A DNA stretch of 61,105 nt from Spirochaetia bacterium (lineage in GTDB: Bacteria > Spirochaetota > Spirochaetia > SZUA-6 > Fen-1364): contig JBKQPS010000178.1 in assembly GCA_052144915.1 (NCBI GenBank), positions 1 through 61,105 of the forward strand. Reading direction: 5' to 3'. Of this stretch, positions 1 through 8,648 are shown one piece after another (the stretch's first letter is position 1; every line of letters begins with the position of its first letter). A program made the translations under genes and the position numbers. The notes beneath the pieces were generated by a model that made no database searches, had not been told where the DNA came from, and saw only the letters and a program-made list of their open reading frames with translations.

Positions 1-1
1 G

Positions 2-91
2 AACACGCTGCGGCTGAACTTCTCCAATTGCGACGAGGCGATGATCACGGAGGGCATGGAGAGGCTCGCCCGCGTCTATTCTCAGATGTAG
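2..91 (+). CDS. 3' end of a gene cut by the window edge (possible PLP aminotransferase C-terminus)
   Basis: Frame 2 is open from the window edge to TAG at 89-91. The tail NTLRLNFSNCDEAMITEGMERLARVYSQM resembles class I/II aminotransferase C-termini, but it is too short to be sure. Confidence 0.3.
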   Translation, partial: NTLRLNFSNCDEAMITEGMERLARVYSQM

Positions 92-166
92 CGCCCCCGG
101 GGGGGCGGATCCCTTGCACAAGCCGCCTCCACTTCGTAGGATGAGTGTCCCCGTGGAGGCCGGTCT

Positions 167-1969
167 CTGAGACTCAGAAGCATACGGTCGAAACTTCTCT
201 TCTCCTTCGTGTCGGTGATCCTGCTCCCGCTGTGCACCCTTGGGATTCTCGGACCGTATATCTCGGCGCGTACGATCGAGAACGAAACAACCGGCCACAC
301 CGTGCAGCTCATCCGCCAGGTAACGCGGAACATCGAGTTCTACGTTCGCCAGACGGAGAGCATCATTTCCATCGTCGCTGCCAATCCCGACGTGCAGGCT
401 TTCATGGGGTTCCGCGGGTCCGCCCAGCCTTTCTCCGTGCATGGCCAGTCAGGAGCGCTCCAGCTTCTGCGGTCGATCTCCGACGCCCATCCCGAGATCG
501 CAGGAATCCTCGTCGTGAATGCGGAGAACCGTCCGCTCAGCAACGACATCCAGCCGATCACGCGTGACCCCCTCACCGACGAGAGCTGGTACCGCCAGGC
601 CGTCGACTACCAGGGCACCGTGCAGCTCCTTCCCCGGCCCATTGGGAGGAATCTCAGGAGCAGCAACGAGTACAGCGCCGACGACGTGGTCTCCATCGTG
701 AAGGCGGTTGTCGACCCGGGCTCGGGACAGATCCGGGGCGTCGTGCTCATCGACCTGCGCCTGAAGGTCATGGAGGCGATCTTCGACGACCTGACCGTCG
801 GCCTGGGCGGGTTCCTGTTCATCGAGGCGCCGGGCGGGGGGATCGTGTACACGCCGGTGAATCCCATCGTCTACCGCGTGCGCGACGAGTGGCTGGACAC
901 GCCGCGCACGAGCAGCGTCCGGCGCATCAAGGGCGCCGACTACCAGATCGTCTCGCAGGGCTCCACCTACACGCAGTGGAAGACCGTGGGCGTGTTTCCC
1001 CTGAACGAGATCATGAGCCAGGTGAGCACGATCCGCTACTACTCCCTGATCATCGCCGGGGTCACGGTGCTCGTGGCCCTCATCGTCGCCCTCTTCTTCA
1101 CCAGCGGGATCGCACGGCCGGTGATCGAGCTGCGGTCCCTGATGAAGGAAGCGGAGGAGGGCAATCTCGGCGTCCGCTTCGAAGGGAGGCAGGAGGACGA
1201 GATCGGGTATCTCGGCAAGAGCTTCAACACGATGATCGAGGAGGTCCAGAAGCTCATCGATATGGTCTACCGCGAGCAGCAGAGCAAGCGGGAAGCGGAG
1301 CTGAAGACGCTGCAGGAGCAGATCAAGCCCCATTTCCTCTACAACACGCTGGACACCATCCAGTGGATGGCGCAGGAGCACGGCGCGCAGGACATCGTGA
1401 AGGTGGTCGGCGCGCTCACGAGCCTCTTCCGCATCGGCCTGTCGCGGGGCAAAGAGATGATCCGCCTCGCCGACGAGATGGAGCACGTGCGCAGCTATCT
1501 CATCATCCAGAAAGCGCGCTACGAGGACAAGTTCGATTTCAGCCTTCGTACGGACGAGGAGGTTCTCCCCTGCATGGTGCTGAAGCTCACCCTGCAGCCG
1601 CTCGTGGAAAACGCGATCTACCATGGCATCAAGGAGCGGCGGGGACACGGCACCGTCGCCGTGGAAGCCTTCCGCCGCGACGGCATGCTCGTCCTGCGGG
1701 TGAGCGACGACGGGATCGGGATGTCCCCGGCCAAGCTGGCGGAGGTGCGCGCGGTCCTCACGGCCGCCCATCCCCACGGCGGGGGGCTCGAAGGCTACGG
1801 GGTTCACAATGTCCACGAGCGGATCCAGCTCTCCTTCGGCGCGCGGTTCGGCTTGCGCTTCGAAAGCGCGCCGGACCTGGGCACCACCGTGGAGATACTC
1901 CATCCGCTGATAAACGCCGAGGGCATCCTGGCAACTGCCGAGGAAACCCTCCTGCCGCCCCGGGGGTGA
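167..1969 (+). CDS. Membrane sensor histidine kinase, YesM/LytS-like (TM, sensor domain, HAMP, His_kinase, HATPase)
   Basis: ORF 209..1969. It has two TM segments, a HAMP-like IARPVIELRSLMKEAEEGNLG, the H-box region QIKPHFLYNTLDTIQWM, and ATPase motifs ENAIYHGI, DDGIGM, GYGVHNV. I extended the start to CTG 167 (GGAGG 7 nt upstream) because the family-typical SIRSKLLFSF lies upstream of GTG 209. GTG 209 is the conservative alternative. Confidence 0.9.
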   Translation: MRLRSIRSKLLFSFVSVILLPLCTLGILGPYISARTIENETTGHTVQLIRQVTRNIEFYVRQTESIISIVAANPDVQAFMGFRGSAQPFSVHGQSGALQLLRSISDAHPEIAGILVVNAENRPLSNDIQPITRDPLTDESWYRQAVDYQGTVQLLPRPIGRNLRSSNEYSADDVVSIVKAVVDPGSGQIRGVVLIDLRLKVMEAIFDDLTVGLGGFLFIEAPGGGIVYTPVNPIVYRVRDEWLDTPRTSSVRRIKGADYQIVSQGSTYTQWKTVGVFPLNEIMSQVSTIRYYSLIIAGVTVLVALIVALFFTSGIARPVIELRSLMKEAEEGNLGVRFEGRQEDEIGYLGKSFNTMIEEVQKLIDMVYREQQSKREAELKTLQEQIKPHFLYNTLDTIQWMAQEHGAQDIVKVVGALTSLFRIGLSRGKEMIRLADEMEHVRSYLIIQKARYEDKFDFSLRTDEEVLPCMVLKLTLQPLVENAIYHGIKERRGHGTVAVEAFRRDGMLVLRVSDDGIGMSPAKLAEVRAVLTAAHPHGGGLEGYGVHNVHERIQLSFGARFGLRFESAPDLGTTVEILHPLINAEGILATAEETLLPPRG

Positions 1970-1973
1970 GGAG

Positions 1974-3179
1974 ATGTGGAAAGTCCTGATCGCCGACGAT
2001 GAGCCGAAGATCCGCCGCGGGCTGCGCGCGACGATCGAGCGCATCCGTCCCGAAATGAAGGTCGTTGCGGAGGCCGAGGACGGAGAAAGGGCGCTTGCTC
2101 TCGCGCAGAAAGAGAAGCCGGACATCCTCATGATCGACGTCCGCATGCCCTTCCTCAACGGCCTGGAGCTCATCGAAAAGATCAACGGGGTATTGAGCGA
2201 CTGCATCATCATCGTCGTCTCGGGCCATGACGAGTTCGAATACGCCCAGCGCGCCCTGCATTTGAAGGTATTCGAGTATGTCCTGAAACCGGTGCCGCAG
2301 GATGTGCTGGCGAACGTGCTCGCGCGGGCCGAGGAATCGCTCACCGAAGCGCGCCGCCAGCGGAAGTACACGGCGTGGGCGCAGGAGCAGCTGGACCGCA
2401 ACCTGCCCCTGTTGCGGGAGCAGTTTTTCCGTGACTGGGTGCGCGCGCGCCTTTCCCCGCTCGAGATCGCCGAGCAGGCGCGCTTTCTTGGCATGGAGCT
2501 GACCGGGCGGCTCGCCATGGCCGTGTTCCACGTCGTGGAGCGCACGATCGCCACTGCACAGCCCGAGGAACGGGAACGGCGGCTTGCCCTGTACGCGGTC
2601 TGCTCGGTCGTGGAAGAGTCATTTGGTGAGTTCGCACCGAGGTGGGTCTTCCTCGACGACCGCGACGACATCGTCGTGCTCGCCCACTCCGGCGGCGGTG
2701 CAGACTGGGTGAAGGCGGCGGCGGGCATCGAGGCGCGCGTGGTCCCCTCCCTCTGCCAGGCGCTGCTTGTCGCCCCGGCCGCGGTCGAGGAGGCTCATCA
2801 GGGCGTGCCCGAGGCGTACGAGGCGCTGAGCGCCGAGGTTTCCGCAAAGGGAAGCCATCGAGGCCTCGTGGTCACCGCGCAGCGCTATATCGACGCCCAT
2901 TTCGGAGAGCCGACGCTCTCCCTGGAGGAAGTGGCCGCCTCTGCACAGATCAGCCCCGGCTACTTCAGCCGGCTCCTGAAGCTGGAAACCGGATTCTCCT
3001 TTGTCGACTACCTGACCCGGGTGCGGATCACCAGGGCGGTGCAGATCATGAATGACCCGGCAGTGAAAGTGTACGAGGTGGCGGAGGCTGTCGGCTACCA
3101 GAGCCAGCATTATTTCAGCCGTGCGTTCAAGCGGGTATTCGGGCGTCCGCCGGTTGAATACCGCAGGGGCGGCGCATGA
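1974..3179 (+). CDS. Response regulator, REC plus AraC-type HTH (YesN-like)
   Basis: The receiver has KVLIADDE, DILMIDVRMP, IIVVSGH and YVLKP. The C-terminal AraC HTH has YFSRLLK and QSQHYFSRAFKRVFGRPPVEYRR. It starts 5 nt after the kinase stop. Confidence 0.92.
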   Translation: MWKVLIADDEPKIRRGLRATIERIRPEMKVVAEAEDGERALALAQKEKPDILMIDVRMPFLNGLELIEKINGVLSDCIIIVVSGHDEFEYAQRALHLKVFEYVLKPVPQDVLANVLARAEESLTEARRQRKYTAWAQEQLDRNLPLLREQFFRDWVRARLSPLEIAEQARFLGMELTGRLAMAVFHVVERTIATAQPEERERRLALYAVCSVVEESFGEFAPRWVFLDDRDDIVVLAHSGGGADWVKAAAGIEARVVPSLCQALLVAPAAVEEAHQGVPEAYEALSAEVSAKGSHRGLVVTAQRYIDAHFGEPTLSLEEVAASAQISPGYFSRLLKLETGFSFVDYLTRVRITRAVQIMNDPAVKVYEVAEAVGYQSQHYFSRAFKRVFGRPPVEYRRGGA

Positions 3180-5032
3180 GGGCGCCGAATCCGCGTCTTC
3201 TTCTTCTGCCGCTTCTCCTTTTACTTGGGACCTGCCGTCCCGTTACGAACAACGTGAAGCCGTTCGATTATGTGATCGGCGTCTCCATGGCCAATCTCAC
3301 CGAACCGTGGCGCATCAACATGAGGGACGAGATCAACACGGAGGCGGCGCATTACTCCAACCTCCGCATCGTCTTTACCGACGCGGCCGATTCGAACAGC
3401 CGGCAGATCCAGGACGTGCACACGCTGCTGAACTCCGGCATCGACCTCCTCATCATCTCCCCGAACGAATCGGAGGCGCTCTCCCCGGTGATCACGGAGG
3501 CCTATCACAGCGTCCCCGTCATCCTCCTGGATCGCTCGGTGATCGGTTTCGGCTACACCCTGTTCATCGGTCCCGACAACCGCCTGGTCGGCAAGCAGGC
3601 GGGCCAGTACGTCACCGAGCTCCTGGGGGCAAAGGGCGGAAAGATCGTCGAGATCCTGGGCCGGTCCGGATCGCCCCCCGTGCTGGACAGGAGCGTTGGC
3701 TTCCGGGACGTCATCTCGTCACGGCGCAATATCACCATCGTGGGCACGATCGTCGCCGACTGGCTCCGAGACAAGGCAGAAGACGCCATGACCGCGTGGC
3801 TCCAGAAGAACGGCCGCGCGGACGTCATTTTCGCCCAGAACGACGCCATGGCCGACGGCGCGCGCCGGGCGGCCGACAAGTTGGGGATCCAGGGGATACG
3901 GGTGGTCGGCATTGACGGGCTGCCCGGGCCCAATGGCGGCATCGAGCTTGTCCGCAGCGGCGCGCTTTCCGCGACCTTCACCTGCCCGACGGGCGGCAAG
4001 GAGGCCGTCATCTACGCGATGGACATCCTCCACCACGAGGAGGGTATCCCGAAGAAGATGATCCTGCGGACGTCCCTCGTCACGGAGAAGACCATCGAGA
4101 GCGGCGCCCTCGGCGCGCCCGCGCGGCCCCGCCTTCCCCCGGACCATCGCATCGTGCTAGGTTTCGCCCAGACCGGGGCGGAGAGCAACTGGCGCCTCGC
4201 GAACACCGAGTCCATCAAGACCGCGGCGCGGCAGGCCGGGATCGATCTCGTCTTCGTCGACTCGGAAGGGCAGCCGGAGAAGCAGATCGCCGCTGTGCGG
4301 TCGTTCATTGCGCGCAAGGTGGACATCATCTCCTTTTCCCCGATCGTCGAGTCAGGGTGGGAACCGGTGCTCCGCGAGGCGAAAGCCGCAGGGATTCCCG
4401 TATTCCTGTCGGACCGAACCGTGGATGTGAAGGACGAGTCCCTCTGGACGACTTTCATGGGCTCGGATGTCCTGGAGGAAGGGCGCCGCGCCGCGAGGTG
4501 GCTCACCGCCTACATGAAGACGGACGCGCCGGTGAACATCGTGGAGTTGCTGGGCACGATCGGCTCGGCGCCCGAGCTCGACCGGACTTTCGGATTCAAG
4601 GAGATACTCAAGGACCATCCCAATTATCGCATCATCGTATCTGAAAGCGGGAACTTTGAGCGCAGCACAGGCAAGGAGGTCATGCAGCGGATCCTCAAAA
4701 ACCTCGCCGCAAAAGGGCAGAAGATGGACGTTCTTTTCGCGCACAACGACGACATGGCGATCGGCGCGATCGCGGCCATGGAGGCCGCGGGCCTGAAGCC
4801 CGGAAAGGACGTCGTCATCGTTTCCGTGGATAGCATCCGTGATGCGTTCACCGCCATGATCGCCGGAAAGCTCAACTGCTCCGTGGAGTGCAACCCCCTG
4901 CTGGGCCCCCAGCTCATGAAGGCCGTCAAGGACTACATGGCCGGAAAGGACCTGCCCGTCCGCCTGATCACCTCCGAGGGCGTGTACCCGGCCGCTGTGG
5001 CACGAGCCGTACTGCCGACCCGAAAGTACTGA
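3176..5032 (+). CDS. Lipoprotein with two tandem type-I periplasmic sugar-binding domains (probable sensor partner of the kinase)
   Basis: ATGA overlap with the regulator stop. Signal/lipobox-like LLLLLGTC. Two complete PBP1 modules (about residues 30-300 and 320-618). The second module is colinear with the SBP at 5969..6943 (GFAQ.G.ES.WR, FIARKVD, VLFAHND.MA.GAI, ECNPLLGPQ, LPTR.Y). Confidence 0.88.
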   Translation: MRAPNPRLLLLPLLLLLGTCRPVTNNVKPFDYVIGVSMANLTEPWRINMRDEINTEAAHYSNLRIVFTDAADSNSRQIQDVHTLLNSGIDLLIISPNESEALSPVITEAYHSVPVILLDRSVIGFGYTLFIGPDNRLVGKQAGQYVTELLGAKGGKIVEILGRSGSPPVLDRSVGFRDVISSRRNITIVGTIVADWLRDKAEDAMTAWLQKNGRADVIFAQNDAMADGARRAADKLGIQGIRVVGIDGLPGPNGGIELVRSGALSATFTCPTGGKEAVIYAMDILHHEEGIPKKMILRTSLVTEKTIESGALGAPARPRLPPDHRIVLGFAQTGAESNWRLANTESIKTAARQAGIDLVFVDSEGQPEKQIAAVRSFIARKVDIISFSPIVESGWEPVLREAKAAGIPVFLSDRTVDVKDESLWTTFMGSDVLEEGRRAARWLTAYMKTDAPVNIVELLGTIGSAPELDRTFGFKEILKDHPNYRIIVSESGNFERSTGKEVMQRILKNLAAKGQKMDVLFAHNDDMAIGAIAAMEAAGLKPGKDVVIVSVDSIRDAFTAMIAGKLNCSVECNPLLGPQLMKAVKDYMAGKDLPVRLITSEGVYPAAVARAVLPTRKY

Positions 5033-5176
5033 TCACCGCTCGCTCCCCCCTGCAATTGCTCCTGCATGTCCCGAAAAGTGCACAAAATAGCTGATTCGTC
5101 TAAATACCGCGCCACCCGGGTGTGATACCACGATAGGCGGACTCACATCGTTCGAACCGGGCAGAGGGGTAAAATC

Positions 5177-5809
5177 ATGCGGCAAATCCTTCGGGGATGC
5201 GCGGTACTCGTTCTTCTGGTCGCGGCGGCAGGATTCGGGGCCGCGCAAGCGAAGGCAGGGACCCTGATCTGTGTGGGGCTGTACTCGGAGACCAGCGACG
5301 GCTCCGTCAGCTACCGCGTGGGTACGGGAGACTGGGTCGTCGTCAAGGTGGGTGACACCATACCGGCAGGCGCCTCGATACGGGTCAACGTGGACAGGGA
5401 CTGGATCGAGCTGACACCTGCCAACAATCCGAACGCTGTGTTCGAACTTCACGGGCCCGATACGGGAGAGATCATCAAGAAGGTGGCCGACATATTGAAG
5501 GGCAAGCCGAAGCTGGTCAGTTTCCCAAAACCAAAGGGGGCAACGCCGGATCCGAAATACAAGGACAAGCTGGTCGTGACGCAGTACCTGGGAAGACAGA
5601 TCTACGTGACGCCCGACGGCGATGACAACGACATCAAGTACGGCGACGTACTGGACATCAAGGGCAAGGTCCGGATCATCGCCATCAACAACACCATCAA
5701 TCTCAGGAATGCCAGCGGAAAAGAGACCCAGGTGATCGGTCCGCTGAACTTCGGTGTCGAACAGGTGCTGAACAACGAGAAGCTCTACAAGTACCTGAAC
5801 TCTCACTAG
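5177..5809 (+). CDS. Secreted hypothetical protein (weak FecR-like beta-sandwich resemblance)
   Basis: ATG preceded by GAGGGG. Signal peptide AVLVLLVAAAGFGAAQA. Lys/Asp-rich mature part. The segment GDWVVVKVGDTIPAGASIRV resembles FecR-type domains only loosely. Confidence 0.6.
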   Translation: MRQILRGCAVLVLLVAAAGFGAAQAKAGTLICVGLYSETSDGSVSYRVGTGDWVVVKVGDTIPAGASIRVNVDRDWIELTPANNPNAVFELHGPDTGEIIKKVADILKGKPKLVSFPKPKGATPDPKYKDKLVVTQYLGRQIYVTPDGDDNDIKYGDVLDIKGKVRIIAINNTINLRNASGKETQVIGPLNFGVEQVLNNEKLYKYLNSH

Positions 5810-5968
5810 ATGATCAGGGTGAAGGAGGCAAACGGGAAGGAGACAAGACGTACATGAAGGTCCGTCGGACGTCTGACGGAGTTCCGGAAATGGGTTCGAG
5901 GGTTTCTTCATCTCCGGTGATGAAGAAGACGTCACACACTATGCAGGAGTTCGTTCGAAGGAGGCGTT

Positions 5969-6943
5969 ATGAAGCGCTGGGGTAAAATCCTTGCACTCGT
6001 CGCCGTGGCGATGATGGTGCTTTCTGTGGCCGCGATCGCGGCACCAAAGACGTGGGTCGTGGGTTTCGCACAGCTCGGATCTGAAAGTGAGTGGAGGACC
6101 GCTGACACTCACTCCGTTCAGGACGCGTTCGCCCAGGATGACAGCATTGTCTTCATATATTCCGACGCGCAGCAGAAGCAGGAAAACCAGATCAAGGCCC
6201 TGCGGACCTTCATTGCACGCAAGGTCGACTGCATCCTCTTTACGGCGCTCGTTGAGACCGGGTACGGACCCGTTCTCGCCGAAGCCCAGAAGGCCCATAT
6301 TCCCGTGGTCATGATCGACCGGGATGTTGCGAAGGAAGACCAGAAGTACCGGCTGACCATCATGGGGTCTGATTTCATCAAGGAAGGCGAGAAGGCAGGG
6401 AACTGGCTTGCGGCGTACCTGAAAGCGCAGAACATGGATGATGGAACCACGCCGATCGACATCGCCGAACTGCAGGGAACTACGGGATCGGCTCCCGCCA
6501 TTGAACGGGCGCAGGGCTTCCGCAATATCTCCAAAGATCATCCCAATTGGCAGATCAAGCACTCACAGGACGGCGACTTCACTTCCTCCCAGGGGAAGCA
6601 GGTCATGGAAGCCTTCCTGAAGGACGACCCGAAGATCCAGGTGCTCTTCGCGCATAACGATCAGATGGCACTCGGCGCCATCCAGGCAATCAAGGAAGCC
6701 GGACTCCAGCCCGGCAAAGATATCATCATCATCGGCATGGATGCGGTGAAGGGCATGTTCCAGGCGATCGTGAATGGCGAAGCAAACTGCACGATCGAAT
6801 GCAACCCCCTGCTCGGGCCCCAGGCCGTGCAGGCCGTCAGGGACCTGAGGGACGGCAAGAAGCTTCCCGCCAGGATCTGGACGATCGAAAGCCAGTTCGA
6901 CGCGACAAACGCTGCGGCGGCACTGCCGACCCGCCAGTACTAG
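5969..6943 (+). CDS. ytfQ: Sugar ABC transporter substrate-binding protein, YtfQ-like (galactofuranose-type family)
   Basis: RBS GAAGGAGG. Signal peptide ILALVAVAMMVLSVAAIAAP. PBP1 fold. Gene order SBP, duplicated ATPase and two permeases matches E. coli ytfQ-ytfR-ytfT-yjfF. The ligand is not inferable from sequence. Confidence 0.85.
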   Translation: MKRWGKILALVAVAMMVLSVAAIAAPKTWVVGFAQLGSESEWRTADTHSVQDAFAQDDSIVFIYSDAQQKQENQIKALRTFIARKVDCILFTALVETGYGPVLAEAQKAHIPVVMIDRDVAKEDQKYRLTIMGSDFIKEGEKAGNWLAAYLKAQNMDDGTTPIDIAELQGTTGSAPAIERAQGFRNISKDHPNWQIKHSQDGDFTSSQGKQVMEAFLKDDPKIQVLFAHNDQMALGAIQAIKEAGLQPGKDIIIIGMDAVKGMFQAIVNGEANCTIECNPLLGPQAVQAVRDLRDGKKLPARIWTIESQFDATNAAAALPTRQY

Positions 6944-6977
6944 CCGTTCACGACTCGGCACCTGATTAAGAACAGTT

Positions 6978-7018
6978 GCGGGGCCGCCGCGGAGAATACC
7001 GCGAGGGGCCCCGCTTTT
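6978..7018 (+). terminator. Hairpin plus T-run after the SBP gene (intra-operon attenuator or terminator)
   Basis: GCGGGGCC (6978-6985) pairs with GGCCCCGC (7007-7014) and is followed by TTTT. The loop contains CCGCGGAGAATACCGCG, related to the dispersed GAATCCRCGGRRTACCGC motif. Confidence 0.55.
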
Positions 7019-7123
7019 GCGTGGGTCCCACGCCGCCCGTCCCGCCAGCGGTGCTCCGCGGCTTGCGGCGGGAGTTGACGAATCGAGCGGTCCGCTTATC
7101 ATGTCACCAGAGGAGTCGCGGAG

Positions 7124-8647
7124 ATGACCGACGAGATGCCCGTCCTTTCGATGAAAAAGATCACGAAAGTGTTCCCCGGCGTGAAAGCCCTTTCCGGGGT
7201 GGACTTTCGCCTGTTCCGTGGCGAGGTGCACGCGATCATGGGCCAGAACGGCGCCGGCAAGTCGACGCTGGTGAAAGTGCTGACCGGGGTTCATCACCAG
7301 GATTCCGGCGACATCCTCCTGGAAGGCAGGCCTATTCGCCCGGCTTCCCCGCTTGCTGCCCAGAAACTGGGAATCAGCACGGTGTACCAGGAAATCAATC
7401 TCTGCCCGAATCTTTCGGTCGCTGAAAACATCTTCGCCGGCAGACAGCCGGTGCGCGTCGGAAGGATTGCCTGGAAGGAGATGGCGCGCAGGTCCGAAGA
7501 AATCCTGAAGAGGCTGAACCTCGTCATCGACGTCACCCAGGTCCTGTCCTCGTACTCCATTGCCGTTCAACAGCTGGTGGCAATCGCCCGGGTCCTGGAC
7601 ATCTCCTCCAAGATCCTGATCCTCGACGAGCCTACGTCCAGCCTCGATGAAACCGAAGTGGAGCAGTTGTTCAAGATCATACGCTCCCTGCGCGACGACG
7701 GACTGGCGATCATCTTCATCACCCATTTTCTTGACCAGACCTACCAGATCGCGGACCGGATCACCGTATTGAAGAACGGGGAGTTCGTCGGAGAGTTCAG
7801 GACCAAGACGCTTCCAAAGCTGGATCTGATTGCCCGGATGCTCGGCAAGGAATTGTCGGAGTTCAGCTATTCGGCGCAAAACGATCAACGAAAAAGGGCG
7901 GCCACCGGCGGCAGCGAAGGTGCCGGCGTGCTGAGCGTGAGAAACCTCGGTCTGCGGGGCTCCATTGCGCCGTTCAGCCTGAACCTGAACGAAGGAGAGG
8001 TGCTCGGGTTGGCCGGGCTCCTCGGTTCGGGCAGGACGGAAATGGCGCGGCTCATTTTCGGCATCGACGGGGCGAACCAGGGTGAGGTCCGGGTCAAGGG
8101 GAAGAAAACGGCCATCAAGTCTCCCCAGGGCGCCATGATGGCGGGGCTGGGCTTCTGCTCGGAAGACCGGAAGAACGAAGGCATTTTCGGAGATCTCACG
8201 GTACGGGAGAACATCATCCTTGCCCTGCAGGCGAAGAGCGGGGTGTTCAAGTACCTCACAACCCGGAGGCAGTTGGAGATCGCTGATGAGATGATCAAGT
8301 CCCTGGCGATCGCGACCCCCAGCGCGAACAACCGGGCCAGCCAGCTCAGCGGGGGCAACCAGCAGAAGGTGATGCTGGCGCGTTGGCTTGCTACCCACCC
8401 GATCGTCCTGATCCTGGATGAACCTACGCGCGGCATCGACGTCGGGGCCAAACTGGAGATCATGGAGCTGATCCTTTCCTTGAGCCGCCAGGGGATGGGC
8501 GTCATCTTCATTTCCTCCGAGTTCGAAGAGGTCGTGCGCTGCAGCAGCCGGATCGCGGTCCTCAGGGACAAGGTGAAGATCGCCGAACTGGACGGTGAGA
8601 ACCTGACCGAGAGCCGCATCATGCAGACGATCGCGGGAGGTAACTAG
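7124..8647 (+). CDS. ytfR: Sugar ABC transporter ATP-binding protein with two ATPase cassettes (YtfR-like)
   Basis: 507 aa. Walker A GQNGAGKST in cassette 1. Signature-like LSGGNQQKV and Walker B VLILDEPTRGID in cassette 2. SIAVQQLV / ILILDEPTSSLD in cassette 1. Confidence 0.93.
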   Translation: MTDEMPVLSMKKITKVFPGVKALSGVDFRLFRGEVHAIMGQNGAGKSTLVKVLTGVHHQDSGDILLEGRPIRPASPLAAQKLGISTVYQEINLCPNLSVAENIFAGRQPVRVGRIAWKEMARRSEEILKRLNLVIDVTQVLSSYSIAVQQLVAIARVLDISSKILILDEPTSSLDETEVEQLFKIIRSLRDDGLAIIFITHFLDQTYQIADRITVLKNGEFVGEFRTKTLPKLDLIARMLGKELSEFSYSAQNDQRKRAATGGSEGAGVLSVRNLGLRGSIAPFSLNLNEGEVLGLAGLLGSGRTEMARLIFGIDGANQGEVRVKGKKTAIKSPQGAMMAGLGFCSEDRKNEGIFGDLTVRENIILALQAKSGVFKYLTTRRQLEIADEMIKSLAIATPSANNRASQLSGGNQQKVMLARWLATHPIVLILDEPTRGIDVGAKLEIMELILSLSRQGMGVIFISSEFEEVVRCSSRIAVLRDKVKIAELDGENLTESRIMQTIAGGN

Positions 8648-8648
8648 C

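Noticed and set aside
449-2728. A 759-aa ORF on the minus strand. Other very long antisense ORFs include 6563..8737, 20223..22967, 36242..37876, 48956..51172, 43136..45103 and 57500..58714.
   Set aside because: All lie antisense or out of frame to genes with clear family motifs. They are extremely Arg/Gly/Pro/Ala/His-rich and show no recognisable domains. This is the expected behaviour of non-coding frames in GC-rich DNA.
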